The notes under the pieces: generated by a model
The model's input: the letters and a program-made list of their open reading frames with translations, nothing else
What the model was told of the DNA's origin: nothing
Database searches by the model: none
Program-made: the position numbers and the translations under genes
Shown: piece by piece, positions 31,347-40,897 of the stretch
Layout: each line of letters opens with the position of its first letter
Numbering within the stretch: the first letter of the stretch is position 1
NCBI GenBank assembly: GCA_037443365.1
Contig: JBBIOM010000001.1
Span: 122,304 to 186,303 of the forward strand
Direction: 5' to 3'
Length of the DNA stretch: 64,000 bases
Origin: Armatimonadota bacterium
GTDB lineage: Bacteria > Sysuimicrobiota > Sysuimicrobiia > Sysuimicrobiales > Humicultoraceae

Positions 31347-33125
31347 TCACTGGTGCGGCGCCCCCTCGCGCCGCCGCCCAGACGCGATCAGGTCCGCGTA
31401 GGCGGCCTGCAGCCGCCTGATCTCAGCCTCGTCCCCGCCTGCCTGCGCGGCCTGCAGAGCCGCCCAGAGGCGCTCCCTCTCAACCGCCGCCGGGCCGGTG
31501 TGCACCAGGTAGCGCAGGGCCTCGGCGGCGGCCCGCTCCTTGTCGCGCTCGGTTACCGGGGGAGGCTCAAACGCCAGCCGCATCAACAGAGCCGCGGCCT
31601 CATCGTCCAGCCCCTCGCGCAGTTCCGCTGCCTCGGCTCCTGGCGACGCCAGAAGAGCCGACGCCAGGCCTCGGTGCGCCGGACGGGAAAAGACGTCGGC
31701 GGCCAGCGCCCGGGCCACCTCCACCCTGCGGGCCGGCTCCGCCACCATCAGGTGCAGCAGGAGCAGCTCCGCCTCGTCCCGGGCCCGATCGCCGCCGAGC
31801 GCCGTCGCACCCTCCTGCGCCGCGGGAGAGCGGCTCGTCCGCCTCCGCGCGCGCAACCGCTGGCGCAATGCCTCCTCGGGCAGCGCGTACCGCTCGCCCA
31901 GCGCGCGCAGGTACTCCGCAGCGCGAACCGGGTTCGCTACCGATTGAATAACATCCAACATTTCGTCGACAAGCGCGAGTTTCCCTTCACGCGACCCGGC
32001 GTCGTGCCTGCCGGCGGCGAGGGTCAGGCGGTACTCGAACATAGGGAGCGCCTCCAGAATCAGGCGGCCGAACGCCTCGGGCCCGCGGCGCCTCAGGCAG
32101 GCGTCGGGATCCTCTCCTGGCGGCAAGATGGCCACGCGCGCGGGCAGTTCCCCCTCCTCGCACAGCGCCAGGCCTCGCTCGGCCGCCGCGGCCCCGGCCG
32201 CATCCGGGTCGTACACGAGCACGACGCGGCCAGCGAACCTCCTCAACAACCCTACCTGCTCAGGGGTGAGCGCGGTTCCAAGGGACGCGACCGCGTTGCC
32301 GAACCCGAACTGGTGGCAGGCCAGGGCGTCCATGTAGCCCTCGACCACGAGCACTTCCCCCTGCTCCCGAATCGCCTCACGGGCAGCGGCAAGCGCGTAG
32401 AGCACCCTGCCCTTCGAGAACGCGGCGGTCTCCTTTGAGTTCAGGTACTTGGGCTCGGCCTCATCGAGCGCGCGGCCGCCGAAGGCAACCACGCGGCCCT
32501 GCAGGTCCGCGATCGGAAACATCAACCGGTCGCGGAACACATCGTAGTGGCCCCCACCAGTCCTCCCGACCACAAGCCCGGCCTGCTCCAGCAGGGGCGC
32601 GGGATAGCCCCGGGTCCCGAGCGCTGTCAGGAGCCCGTCCCACCCGGGCGGCGCGTAGCCGAGACGGAACCGGGCCGCCACCTCGTCGCTGACCTCGCGG
32701 CGCTTCAGGTACGCCCGCGCCTTGCCTCCGGATGAGGCAAGCACCGACCGGAAGTACTCGCCGGCAGCGTCCAGGGCGCGCATGATCTGCTCCCGCTGCG
32801 AGGCGCGCTCGACGGCATCCGGCGAGGTCTCGACCTCGACGCTGACCCTGCGACCAAGCTCGCGCGCGGCCTCCATGAAGGTGAGGTTGGCGGAGCGCAT
32901 CAGGAAATCGAAGACGTCGCCGCCCGCACCGCAGCCGAAGCAGTGAAACAGCCCGCGCTCCGGGTCCACGTGGAACGACGGCGTCTTCTCCTGGTGGAAG
33001 GGACAGAGCCCCTTATGGTAACGGCCGGACTTCTTCAGGGTGGCGTGGGCCGAGACCAGGGCGACGATGTCGGTGCGTCGCCTGATCTCCTCCTTGACCT
33101 CTCCCCGTATCCACCCGCGGCTCAT
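31347..33125 (-). CDS. dnaG: DNA primase
   Basis: [26 protein letters not shown]. Confidence 0.97.
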   Translation of the reverse strand: MSRGWIRGEVKEEIRRRTDIVALVSAHATLKKSGRYHKGLCPFHQEKTPSFHVDPERGLFHCFGCGAGGDVFDFLMRSANLTFMEAARELGRRVSVEVETSPDAVERASQREQIMRALDAAGEYFRSVLASSGGKARAYLKRREVSDEVAARFRLGYAPPGWDGLLTALGTRGYPAPLLEQAGLVVGRTGGGHYDVFRDRLMFPIADLQGRVVAFGGRALDEAEPKYLNSKETAAFSKGRVLYALAAAREAIREQGEVLVVEGYMDALACHQFGFGNAVASLGTALTPEQVGLLRRFAGRVVLVYDPDAAGAAAAERGLALCEEGELPARVAILPPGEDPDACLRRRGPEAFGRLILEALPMFEYRLTLAAGRHDAGSREGKLALVDEMLDVIQSVANPVRAAEYLRALGERYALPEEALRQRLRARRRTSRSPAAQEGATALGGDRARDEAELLLLHLMVAEPARRVEVARALAADVFSRPAHRGLASALLASPGAEAAELREGLDDEAAALLMRLAFEPPPVTERDKERAAAEALRYLVHTGPAAVERERLWAALQAAQAGGDEAEIRRLQAAYADLIASGRRREGAPHQ

Positions 33126-33169
33126 TGCCCTGTCGAACCCTCATCCGGTCAACCCCGCGCAGCCTGCTG

Positions 33170-35272
33170 TTATGCCCGGGAGCCCTCCGCCTCCTCCTTC
33201 TGACGGCGGGCCTCAGCCACCAGCCGGTCGGCCACGTGCGCTGGAACAGGATCGTAGTGCGAGAATGAGGCCACGAACGAGCCGCGCCCCCCCGTGATGG
33301 ACCGCAGGTCAGAGGCATACCGCAAGACCTCGCCCTGCGGAGCCTGCGCTCTCACTATCGTCGTGCCGTCGCCCTGCGACTCCATGCCGATTATGCGTGC
33401 GCGCTTGGAGTTCAGGTCGCCGATGATGTCGCCCATGATGGCCTCGGGCACGCGCACCCCTACATCGAGGATGGGCTCCAGCAGGATCAGCCCAGCCTGC
33501 GTCGCGGCCTCCTTGATCGCCAGCGCGCCGGCGAGCTGGAATGCGATGTCGGAGGAGTCCACGTCGTGGTACTTCCCGTCCACGAGCGTGACCCTGATGT
33601 CCACGACCTGGTACCCGGCCAGGATGCCCTCCTCCAGCGCCTTGCGCACGCCTTTCTCCACGGAAGGGATGTACTGGTTGGGTATCGCTCCGCCGAAGAT
33701 CTTGTCCACGAACTCGAACCCGCTGCCGCGAGGAAGCGGGTCCACCTCCACGAAGCACACCCCGTACTGCCCGCGCCCACCGCTCTGCTTGACGTGCCGC
33801 CCCTGTCCCTTGCCGCGCGCCTTGATCGTCTCCCGGTAGGGCACGCGCGGGGACGACAGCACCACGTCCACGCCGAACTTGCGCCGCAGCCGGTCAGCCA
33901 TGATCTCCAGGTGCGACTCCCCCATGCCCGAGATGACGGTCTGCTTGAGCTCGGGATTCCGGCGAACGCCAAACGTCGGGTCCTCCTCGGCCAGGCGGTG
34001 CAGGGCGCTGCCCATCTTGTCCTCGTCGGCCTTGCTCTTGGGCTCGATCGCCATGGAGATGGCTGGCTGCGGAAACACCACCGGTGCAAGGAGAACGGGC
34101 GCATCCTTCGAGCAGAGCGTGTCCCCGGTGGCGGTCTCGGCGAGCTTGGCCACGGCGCCGATGTCGCCGGGGCCAACACGCGGGGTGGCCTCCTGCTGCT
34201 TGCCGCGCAGGTAGTAGAGCTGGCCAACCCTTTCCGCCTTGTCGCGGGAGGCGTTGAAGACCTGGGAGTCCGACGCGAATGCCCCGCCGTAGACCCGGAA
34301 GTACGATAGCCGCCCCACGTAGGGGTCAGCCATTGTCTTGAAGACCAGGGCCGCGAACGTGCCTTCCTCGGACGGTTCAACCGTAACCTCTGAACCGTTG
34401 CGCGGGTGCGTACCCGCGGCCGGGCCGCGATCGGCCGGGGAGGGCAACAGGTCAACGATCCCCGACAGCACCCGCCCCACACCGATTCGCCTGGCGGCCG
34501 AGGCAGGCAGGGCCGGGATGATCTTGCCCGCGCGCACCCCCGCGACCAGGCCGCGCCGGAACTCCGCGTCGTCCAGCGCTCCAGTTTCCAGGTACTTCTC
34601 CAGCAGGATGTCATCGCTCTCGGCGGCGAGCTCCATCAGACGCTCGCGCGCGGCGGCCAGGTCGCCTCTCAGTTCGGCGGGCGCCTCCTGCACTGACTCC
34701 TGCCCGTCCTGGACGATGTGCGCCTTCATCGTGAGCACGTCGACTACCCCGCGCAGATCGGCCTCCGCGCCCACGGGCAGCAGCAGCGGGACGATCTGCT
34801 TCCCGAACCTGGCATTGAGCCCTTCCACGGCCTGGGCGAAGTCGGCGTGCTCGCGGTCCAGGCGATTCACCACGACGATCCTGGCCAGGCCCTGCTCGTT
34901 GGCACGTGCCCACGCCTGCTCGGTCTGCACCTCCACGCCGGAGCGGGCGTCCACGACCAGCAGCGCTCCTTCGCACACGCGCAGCGCGCCTACCATCTCC
35001 CCCAAGAAGTCAGGGTATCCGGGCGTGTCGAGGAGGTTGATCTTGGCGTCCTCCCACTCGAGGGGGGCCAGTGACGCGTTGATCGTGTGCTTGCGCCTGA
35101 CCTCCTCAGGGTCGAAGTCCGTTGTGGTCGTGCCGTCGTCCACCCGGCCCTGGCGGTCGATCGCCCCGGCTCGGTAGAGCATCGCCTCCACCAGGGTTGT
35201 CTTTCCCACCCCGCCGTGCCCGACGACGGCGACGTTCCTGATCCTGTCCGGACTGTAGCGCTTCAAGGTCAT
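33170..35272 (-). CDS. fusA2: Elongation factor G-like protein (EF-G2)
   Basis: GHGGVGKTT, DTPGYPDF, GMGESHLE, KQSGGRGQYG; outside the str operon. Confidence 0.88.
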   Translation of the reverse strand: MTLKRYSPDRIRNVAVVGHGGVGKTTLVEAMLYRAGAIDRQGRVDDGTTTTDFDPEEVRRKHTINASLAPLEWEDAKINLLDTPGYPDFLGEMVGALRVCEGALLVVDARSGVEVQTEQAWARANEQGLARIVVVNRLDREHADFAQAVEGLNARFGKQIVPLLLPVGAEADLRGVVDVLTMKAHIVQDGQESVQEAPAELRGDLAAARERLMELAAESDDILLEKYLETGALDDAEFRRGLVAGVRAGKIIPALPASAARRIGVGRVLSGIVDLLPSPADRGPAAGTHPRNGSEVTVEPSEEGTFAALVFKTMADPYVGRLSYFRVYGGAFASDSQVFNASRDKAERVGQLYYLRGKQQEATPRVGPGDIGAVAKLAETATGDTLCSKDAPVLLAPVVFPQPAISMAIEPKSKADEDKMGSALHRLAEEDPTFGVRRNPELKQTVISGMGESHLEIMADRLRRKFGVDVVLSSPRVPYRETIKARGKGQGRHVKQSGGRGQYGVCFVEVDPLPRGSGFEFVDKIFGGAIPNQYIPSVEKGVRKALEEGILAGYQVVDIRVTLVDGKYHDVDSSDIAFQLAGALAIKEAATQAGLILLEPILDVGVRVPEAIMGDIIGDLNSKRARIIGMESQGDGTTIVRAQAPQGEVLRYASDLRSITGGRGSFVASFSHYDPVPAHVADRLVAEARRQKEEAEGSRA

Positions 35273-35300
35273 CCCCCTCCACTAGTTCCCCTGCGGGCTT

Positions 35301-36260
35301 CTAGTAGCCCCGCTCGGGTTCCACGACGTTGAGCATCGGCGATTCGGCCAGGAACCTCCGCAGGTTCTCGCAGAAAAGCGGGATCGCCCGGTCGAAGTAG
35401 GCCGGCGAGGCGCCCGAGACATGCGGTGTTATGATAACGTTCTCCATTGCGTAGAACGGGCTGGTAGCGGGCAGCGGCTCCTGCTCGAAGACGTCCAATG
35501 CGGCGCCTGCGATCACGCCTTCCCGCAGGGCCGCGATCAGCGCCTCCTCCACCACCACTGGACCGCGTCCGGCGTTGATGAGCATGGCGGAGGGCTTCAT
35601 GAGCGCCAGCGCCCGGGCATCAATCAGCCCGCGGGTCTGCCGCGTCAGCGGAAGCAGCACGACCAGGTAGTCCGCCTCTCTCAGGACCTGGTCTGTGCCC
35701 TCCGGCGGCAGGACGCGCTCTACGCAGGGCATCGCCTCCGGCGTCCGCTTGGTCCCGATTACGCGCATGCCAAAGGCGGCGGCCCTCCGTGACAGGGCGC
35801 GCCCGACGGCGCCCAGCCCCAGGATGCCCATCACCCTTCCCTCGATCTCGTCCCCCACGCACGCCGCACGATCCCACCGATGGGCCACCTGGAGCCGGAC
35901 TGCTGCGTGCAGGCGCCTGGATAGAGCCAGCACCAGGGCCATCACGTGCTCGGGCAGGACAGTGGTGTGGATCCCCACGCTGCTCGTCAGCAGGACGCGC
36001 CCCTCGAGCACGGCGGGTGACAGCAGCCCGTCCACGCCGGCCGCGGTGGCGTGGATCCAGCGGAGCCGCGCTGCCCGATCGAGCACGGCCGGGGGAATCT
36101 GCCAGGCGACGATCACATCGGCCTGCGCGGCAAGCGCCTCGGCCTGCGCCGGGCTGGCCGGCGCCAGCACGCGGACGCGCGGGTCCACGGCTCGGATCGC
36201 GTCGAGGTGGCGCGCGTCCACCTTTGACAGCACCAGCACCGTCAGCACGTCGGTGCTCAC
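35301..36260 (-). CDS. D-2-hydroxyacid dehydrogenase
   Basis: GLGAVG, INAGRG, LDVFEQEPL, ITPHVSG. Confidence 0.9.
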   Translation of the reverse strand: MSTDVLTVLVLSKVDARHLDAIRAVDPRVRVLAPASPAQAEALAAQADVIVAWQIPPAVLDRAARLRWIHATAAGVDGLLSPAVLEGRVLLTSSVGIHTTVLPEHVMALVLALSRRLHAAVRLQVAHRWDRAACVGDEIEGRVMGILGLGAVGRALSRRAAAFGMRVIGTKRTPEAMPCVERVLPPEGTDQVLREADYLVVLLPLTRQTRGLIDARALALMKPSAMLINAGRGPVVVEEALIAALREGVIAGAALDVFEQEPLPATSPFYAMENVIITPHVSGASPAYFDRAIPLFCENLRRFLAESPMLNVVEPERGY

Positions 36261-36276
36261 GATCGCACGCCGCTCC

Positions 36277-37848
36277 TCATCTGCCCGGGGCATCGCCTGC
36301 GGCGGCAGCCTCCTGCAGGCGTCGGATCACAAACCGGCGGTCCAGGGCCGCCAGGAACCACCCGGCCTGGGGGCCCGAGTCCTTCCCGAGAAACGCGAGG
36401 TAGATCGCTCCGAACGCCGCCTTCGGCGCAAGGCCTATCTCTCCCTTCAGGGCGTGGATGGCCCCGTGCAGCGACTCGCCGTCGGTCGCCACCTCGACCA
36501 GCGGCACCAGTGCAGCCAGGAACCGTCGCTGCTCGGGTGTCAGCGAAGCGGCCGCCTGAGGAAGGGCTTCCTGAACCTGGATCCTGTAGGGCTCAGGGGC
36601 ATAGGACTCCAACCACCGCCGCGCATCGGATGCGCGCGTGCGCAGCTCGTGCCCGTCCTCTTCGGTCAGGGGAGCGCCCTTCTCGCGAGCGGCCTGGGCC
36701 TCGATGTCTGCGCCCGGGATCTGACACAGGTGCGCGACCCGCGAGAAGCGGATGCGGAAGACGTCCGTGGGCGGATCTGCCGCGTGCGCATAGTAGTAGG
36801 TGCGCGCCAGGTCCGGATCGGGCTCCTTCCCCGCGTGCGCGCGCGCGGCCCGGTCGAACTCGTCGTAGAGCAGCGGGATCGTCTCGCCGCCAGGATCGAA
36901 GTCCACGTGCTGCCGGTAGTGGGGCCGCACCATCGCAAAGCGCGCCAGCTCGGGCCGCAGGAGGGCCGCGAACTCCGCCGCGGGCATGCCCACCCCCTTG
37001 CTGGAGGCCATCTTGCGTCCGCCGACCAGGAACCACTCGTAGGGTATCGGGAAGGGGCGCGGCGAGCCGTACACGGCCTCGACGATGGCCCCGGCGCGGT
37101 CGTAGCTCCCTCCCCGGGTCATGTGGTCCTTCCCGGCGCCCTCCACGGTCACGCCCAGGACGTGCCACTTGGCCGCCCACTCCGTCACGTACTGGAGCTT
37201 CCCGCCGCCCCCGAATGGAGAGCGCCTACCCTCGCAGCCGCACCCCTGGGCCCAGGCCACCTTGTCCGGACGGCACGCGTAGGAGACCTGCTCACCGTCC
37301 CAGCCGGTCACCACCGTGGTCCCGATCCTGCCGCAGGCCTCGCAGATCACCTGGAACGGATGCCGCTCGGCCTTGCGGCTCCCGCTTATGGCGCGGTCGA
37401 TCTCTATGATCTCCTGCGCGCGATCGAGCGCGATCCGGATCGCCGCGTCAAACGTCCCCGAGGCGTACAGTTCGCTCGCCCAGTAGATGTGGGGGGTAGC
37501 ACCGAGCCGGTTGAAGGCGCGCGTGAACTCGTCCGCGCAGTACCGCGCGAAGCTGGGCGCGGAAGCCGGATCAGGAGACGGCACGCAACACAACGGCATC
37601 CCCATGTGGGGGGCCAAGCCCTCGAATCCCGCGGGTAGGCCGTCCAGGGGATCCATGTCGTCGTAGCCGTAGAGGAACTCGGCGGGCGCGCCCCTGTCGC
37701 GCAACGCACGGGCCACGCAGTCATGCAGGATCACCCCTCGCAGGGAGCCCACGTGCACGCGTCCCGACGGGCTCTTGGCGTCGTTGACGACGTGGCGCGC
37801 ATCCCTGCGCGCCTCCAGGATTTCCGAGGCCAGAAGGTCAACCCACAT
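36277..37848 (-). CDS. lysS: Lysine--tRNA ligase, class I
   Basis: SPSGRVHVGSLRG, DDMD, EGAGKDH, KMASSKG, GPQAGWF. Confidence 0.92.
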   Translation of the reverse strand: MWVDLLASEILEARRDARHVVNDAKSPSGRVHVGSLRGVILHDCVARALRDRGAPAEFLYGYDDMDPLDGLPAGFEGLAPHMGMPLCCVPSPDPASAPSFARYCADEFTRAFNRLGATPHIYWASELYASGTFDAAIRIALDRAQEIIEIDRAISGSRKAERHPFQVICEACGRIGTTVVTGWDGEQVSYACRPDKVAWAQGCGCEGRRSPFGGGGKLQYVTEWAAKWHVLGVTVEGAGKDHMTRGGSYDRAGAIVEAVYGSPRPFPIPYEWFLVGGRKMASSKGVGMPAAEFAALLRPELARFAMVRPHYRQHVDFDPGGETIPLLYDEFDRAARAHAGKEPDPDLARTYYYAHAADPPTDVFRIRFSRVAHLCQIPGADIEAQAAREKGAPLTEEDGHELRTRASDARRWLESYAPEPYRIQVQEALPQAAASLTPEQRRFLAALVPLVEVATDGESLHGAIHALKGEIGLAPKAAFGAIYLAFLGKDSGPQAGWFLAALDRRFVIRRLQEAAAAGDAPGR

Positions 37849-37998
37849 GGCAGGCCGACTCCTCCCCCGGCGCAAGGCCGGGCATCGAACGCACCAGCAA
37901 CCTGACAGGGGAAACGACCGGTACCGACGATGCGCTGGACGTCATCTTTGTCTTCGCGCCCGGCCCGGGGACTTCCTCTGGACAGCTGCCCGAACGGG

Positions 37999-38033
37999 AA
38001 AGAACGGACAGGCCGCCTCCGACGGCCTGCCCG
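37999..38033 (-). terminator. Intrinsic terminator after hup
   Basis: CGGGCAGGCCG-loop-CGGCCTGTCCG-TTCTTT on the minus strand. Confidence 0.65.
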
Positions 38034-38053
38034 CCACCCGTGGAGATCCGGGG

Positions 38054-38326
38054 TTACTTGACCGCGGACTTGAGGTCCTTGCCCGCCGTGAAGGCCGGCA
38101 CCTTCTTGGCCGGGATCTTGATCTTGGCGCCGGTCTGCGGGTTGCGGCCCTCGCGCGCCTTCCGCTTGCGCACCAGGAAGGTGCCAAAGCCGACCAGGGT
38201 CACCTTCTCACCCTTGCGCAGCGCGGCGGTGATCAGATCCAGCGCCATGTTGAACACCTCGAGCGCGTTCTTCTTGGTGGCGCCCGTCTTGTCGGCGACC
38301 TTCTCGATGAGCTGCTCCTTGTTCAT
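38054..38326 (-). CDS. hup: HU DNA-binding protein
   Basis: MNKEQLI, GFGTF, GRNPQTG. Confidence 0.96.
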   Translation of the reverse strand: MNKEQLIEKVADKTGATKKNALEVFNMALDLITAALRKGEKVTLVGFGTFLVRKRKAREGRNPQTGAKIKIPAKKVPAFTAGKDLKSAVK

Positions 38327-38570
38327 GCGTCCCCTCCTCACGAACCCCAGATGTCGCACCCGCACGGTGCGCCGCGATTCCGATTCTCTCAAACCCGGCC
38401 GTATTCCTGCTTCCAGCCGTCTGGCAAGCCAGGACTCCCCTCCCAGGCGAATCCTCGTGTTGCAGGTCTAGGGAGACGGCTGCCGGGGTAGGATCTAATA
38501 GAGCGCAATCGCAGGTGCAGGGCCAAGTGCACGCTGATCTTGTCGCCGAGGTGCCACGCAAGCACTGCCT

Positions 38571-38661
38571 GGCCCCTCGACAAAGGCAAACCCGTCGCGA
38601 GGCGGGGGCGCAAAGCCACGGAACCGGTCGCGAGCCGGTCAGCCGGGCTGCCGAAAGGGGG
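38571..38661 (+). ncRNA. c-di-GMP-I (GEMM) riboswitch
   Basis: GGCAAACC-GCGA tetraloop-GGGGCGCAAAGCC...CAGCCGGGCUGCCGAA; G at the position-20 equivalent, consistent with c-di-GMP rather than cGAMP. Confidence 0.9.
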
Positions 38662-38669
38662 CAGGTGCG

Positions 38670-39761
38670 ACGGCCCGAATCAGGATCGCCAAACGCGGGG
38701 CCGCAAACACAGTCATCGCAGCAGTCATCCTGGCAGCCAGCGCAATCGCACAGCCCAACCACGCGGGAACCACGGTCGAAGCCGCGGCAGCACCCGTGCC
38801 CCTCTTCGGTGTCCAGAGCGACATACAGCCGGACACCGAGCCTTCCCTCCGGCGGCGCGAGATCGCGCTGATGGGGCAGTCGGGCGTCCGCTGGGTGCGA
38901 ATCGTCCTCAACTGGTACGCGGCCGCTCCACGAAGGGGCGAGCGCAACGAGGAGTACCTGAGGGGACTGGAGACACTGCTGGACGAGATTGACGCTGCCG
39001 GGATGCGGGTGATGCTCCTGGTGCTTGCCACGCCACCCTGGGCCAACCCGCTGGGTTGGGATGCTCCTCCGCTGCGGATGAGCGACCTGGGCGAGTTCGT
39101 CGGCTACTCCGCCCGCCGCTTCGCCCCACGCGTCCAACACTGGGAGATCTGGAACGAACCCGACTGGCACGAGTTCTGGAAGCCCACGCCCGATGTCCGT
39201 GGCTTCGTCGAGATGCTCCGCGAGGCCTACACCAGGGGCAAAGCCGCCAATCCGCAAGCCATCTTCATCTCGGGCGGCCTCGCCGGCAACAACACCCAGT
39301 ACCTCAGCCAGATGTACGCGCTGGGCGGCCGCCCCTTCTTCGACGCGCTCGGTGTACACCCGTACGTCTTCCAGCGTAGCCCCGATGATGTCCACCCCAA
39401 CGTGCGCAACTCCTTTCACGGGCTGGGAGAACTGCGCAAGATCATGGTCGCCAACGGGGACGCCGCCAAGCCAATATGGATCACCGAGATGTCCTGGCCC
39501 ACGAACCGGCGCGCCCCTGGCGCCACCGGCGACTGGGCCGAAGGCGTCAGCTACACCACCCAGGCCGCCTATCTCGCGCGCGCATACGAGAAGATAGCGC
39601 AGGAGTACCCCTTCGTTCAGGTCGCCATGTGGTACAACCTCCGCGACAAGGGCACCAACCCCACCCTCGCCTACCACAACTACGGCCTCGTCCAGCACAA
39701 CTTCGAGCCCAAGCCCGCCTACTTCGCCTACCAGCGACAGGCCAAGGCTGCAATCCGCTAG
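38670..39761 (+). CDS. Secreted clan GH-A glycoside hydrolase (GH5/GH39-like), paralog 1; start uncertain
   Basis: WEIWNEPD, GVHPY, IWITEM; in-frame signal-like segment upstream of GTG 38796. Confidence 0.8.
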   Translation, partial: TARIRIAKRGAANTVIAAVILAASAIAQPNHAGTTVEAAAAPVPLFGVQSDIQPDTEPSLRRREIALMGQSGVRWVRIVLNWYAAAPRRGERNEEYLRGLETLLDEIDAAGMRVMLLVLATPPWANPLGWDAPPLRMSDLGEFVGYSARRFAPRVQHWEIWNEPDWHEFWKPTPDVRGFVEMLREAYTRGKAANPQAIFISGGLAGNNTQYLSQMYALGGRPFFDALGVHPYVFQRSPDDVHPNVRNSFHGLGELRKIMVANGDAAKPIWITEMSWPTNRRAPGATGDWAEGVSYTTQAAYLARAYEKIAQEYPFVQVAMWYNLRDKGTNPTLAYHNYGLVQHNFEPKPAYFAYQRQAKAAIR

Positions 39762-39851
39762 CTGCAGGGGCCCCTGGGCGGCGGCGTCTATTCCGCAGCC
39801 GCTGCGCCCGAGTGGAAGGACCTCCGAGCGTACCTGTAGAACCAGCCTGCC

Positions 39852-40886
39852 ATGCCGGTCAAACCTCTTCTTGCGGTATTGCTAGCCGTGGCGTTGCTGT
39901 CCGGAGCCCATGGCCATGCCGCACCCGCGGTCCCACTCTACGGGGTCCACAGCGACATCGAGCCGTTTACGCCGGCCGCAGAACGGAGGCAAGAGGTCCG
40001 GCTAATGCAGGAGGCCGGTGTGGCATGGGTACGGCTGGGAGTAAGCTGGAAGGCGGCGGAGCCCGTCCGGGGGAGGTACAACGAGTACTACCTCGCGGGC
40101 CTCGAGACCGCCATTGACGAGATCCGGACATCGGGCATGCGCGTGTACCTGGTGGTTCTGGTGACGCCGGCCTGGGCGAACCCTGCCGGGTCGGACTACC
40201 CACCCCTGCGGATGCGCGACATGGGCTCGTTCGTCGGCTACCTTGTCCGGCGGCTCTCCTCGCGCGTCAAGCATTGGGAGATATGGAACGAACCCGACTG
40301 GCACGTCTTCTGGAGGCCGGCACCCGATGCCGGCGCGTTCGTGGAGATGCTCCGGGAGGCATACACCGCGGGCAAGGCCGCGGATCCACAGGCCCTGTTC
40401 GTCTCAGGAGGGCTGGCCGGGAACAACGTTGAGTATCTGCGGCAGATGTACTCGAGGGGCGCGGGGCGGTTCTTTGACGCGCTGGGCGTGCATCCCTACA
40501 TCTTCCAACGGGATCCCGACGTCGTGTACCCTAACGCCCGCCACTCGTTCCACGGCCTGGGCGAGCTGCGCAAGGTGATGGTGGCCAACGGGGACAGCGG
40601 GAAGCCGATCTGGGTCACGGAGATGTCGTGGCCGACGCACCGGCGCGCACCAGGGGCAAAGGGAGACTGGGCAGAGGGTGTCTGCGAGGAGACCCAGGCA
40701 GCCTATCTTGTCAGGGCCTACCAGAGGATCCAATCTGAGTTCTCGTTCATACCCGTGGCCACCTGGTACAACTTCCGTGACGGCGGCACGGATGCGACCA
40801 ACGTCGAGCACAACTGGGGGTTGGTCGGGCATGACTTCAAGCCCAAGCCCGCCTACTTTGCCAAGCAGCAACTGACACGGCGGTAG
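39852..40886 (+). CDS. Secreted clan GH-A glycoside hydrolase (GH5/GH39-like), paralog 2
   Basis: Signal peptide; WEIWNEPD, GVHPY, IWVTEM. Confidence 0.85.
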   Translation: MPVKPLLAVLLAVALLSGAHGHAAPAVPLYGVHSDIEPFTPAAERRQEVRLMQEAGVAWVRLGVSWKAAEPVRGRYNEYYLAGLETAIDEIRTSGMRVYLVVLVTPAWANPAGSDYPPLRMRDMGSFVGYLVRRLSSRVKHWEIWNEPDWHVFWRPAPDAGAFVEMLREAYTAGKAADPQALFVSGGLAGNNVEYLRQMYSRGAGRFFDALGVHPYIFQRDPDVVYPNARHSFHGLGELRKVMVANGDSGKPIWVTEMSWPTHRRAPGAKGDWAEGVCEETQAAYLVRAYQRIQSEFSFIPVATWYNFRDGGTDATNVEHNWGLVGHDFKPKPAYFAKQQLTRR

Positions 40887-40897
40887 GCAAGACGGCA

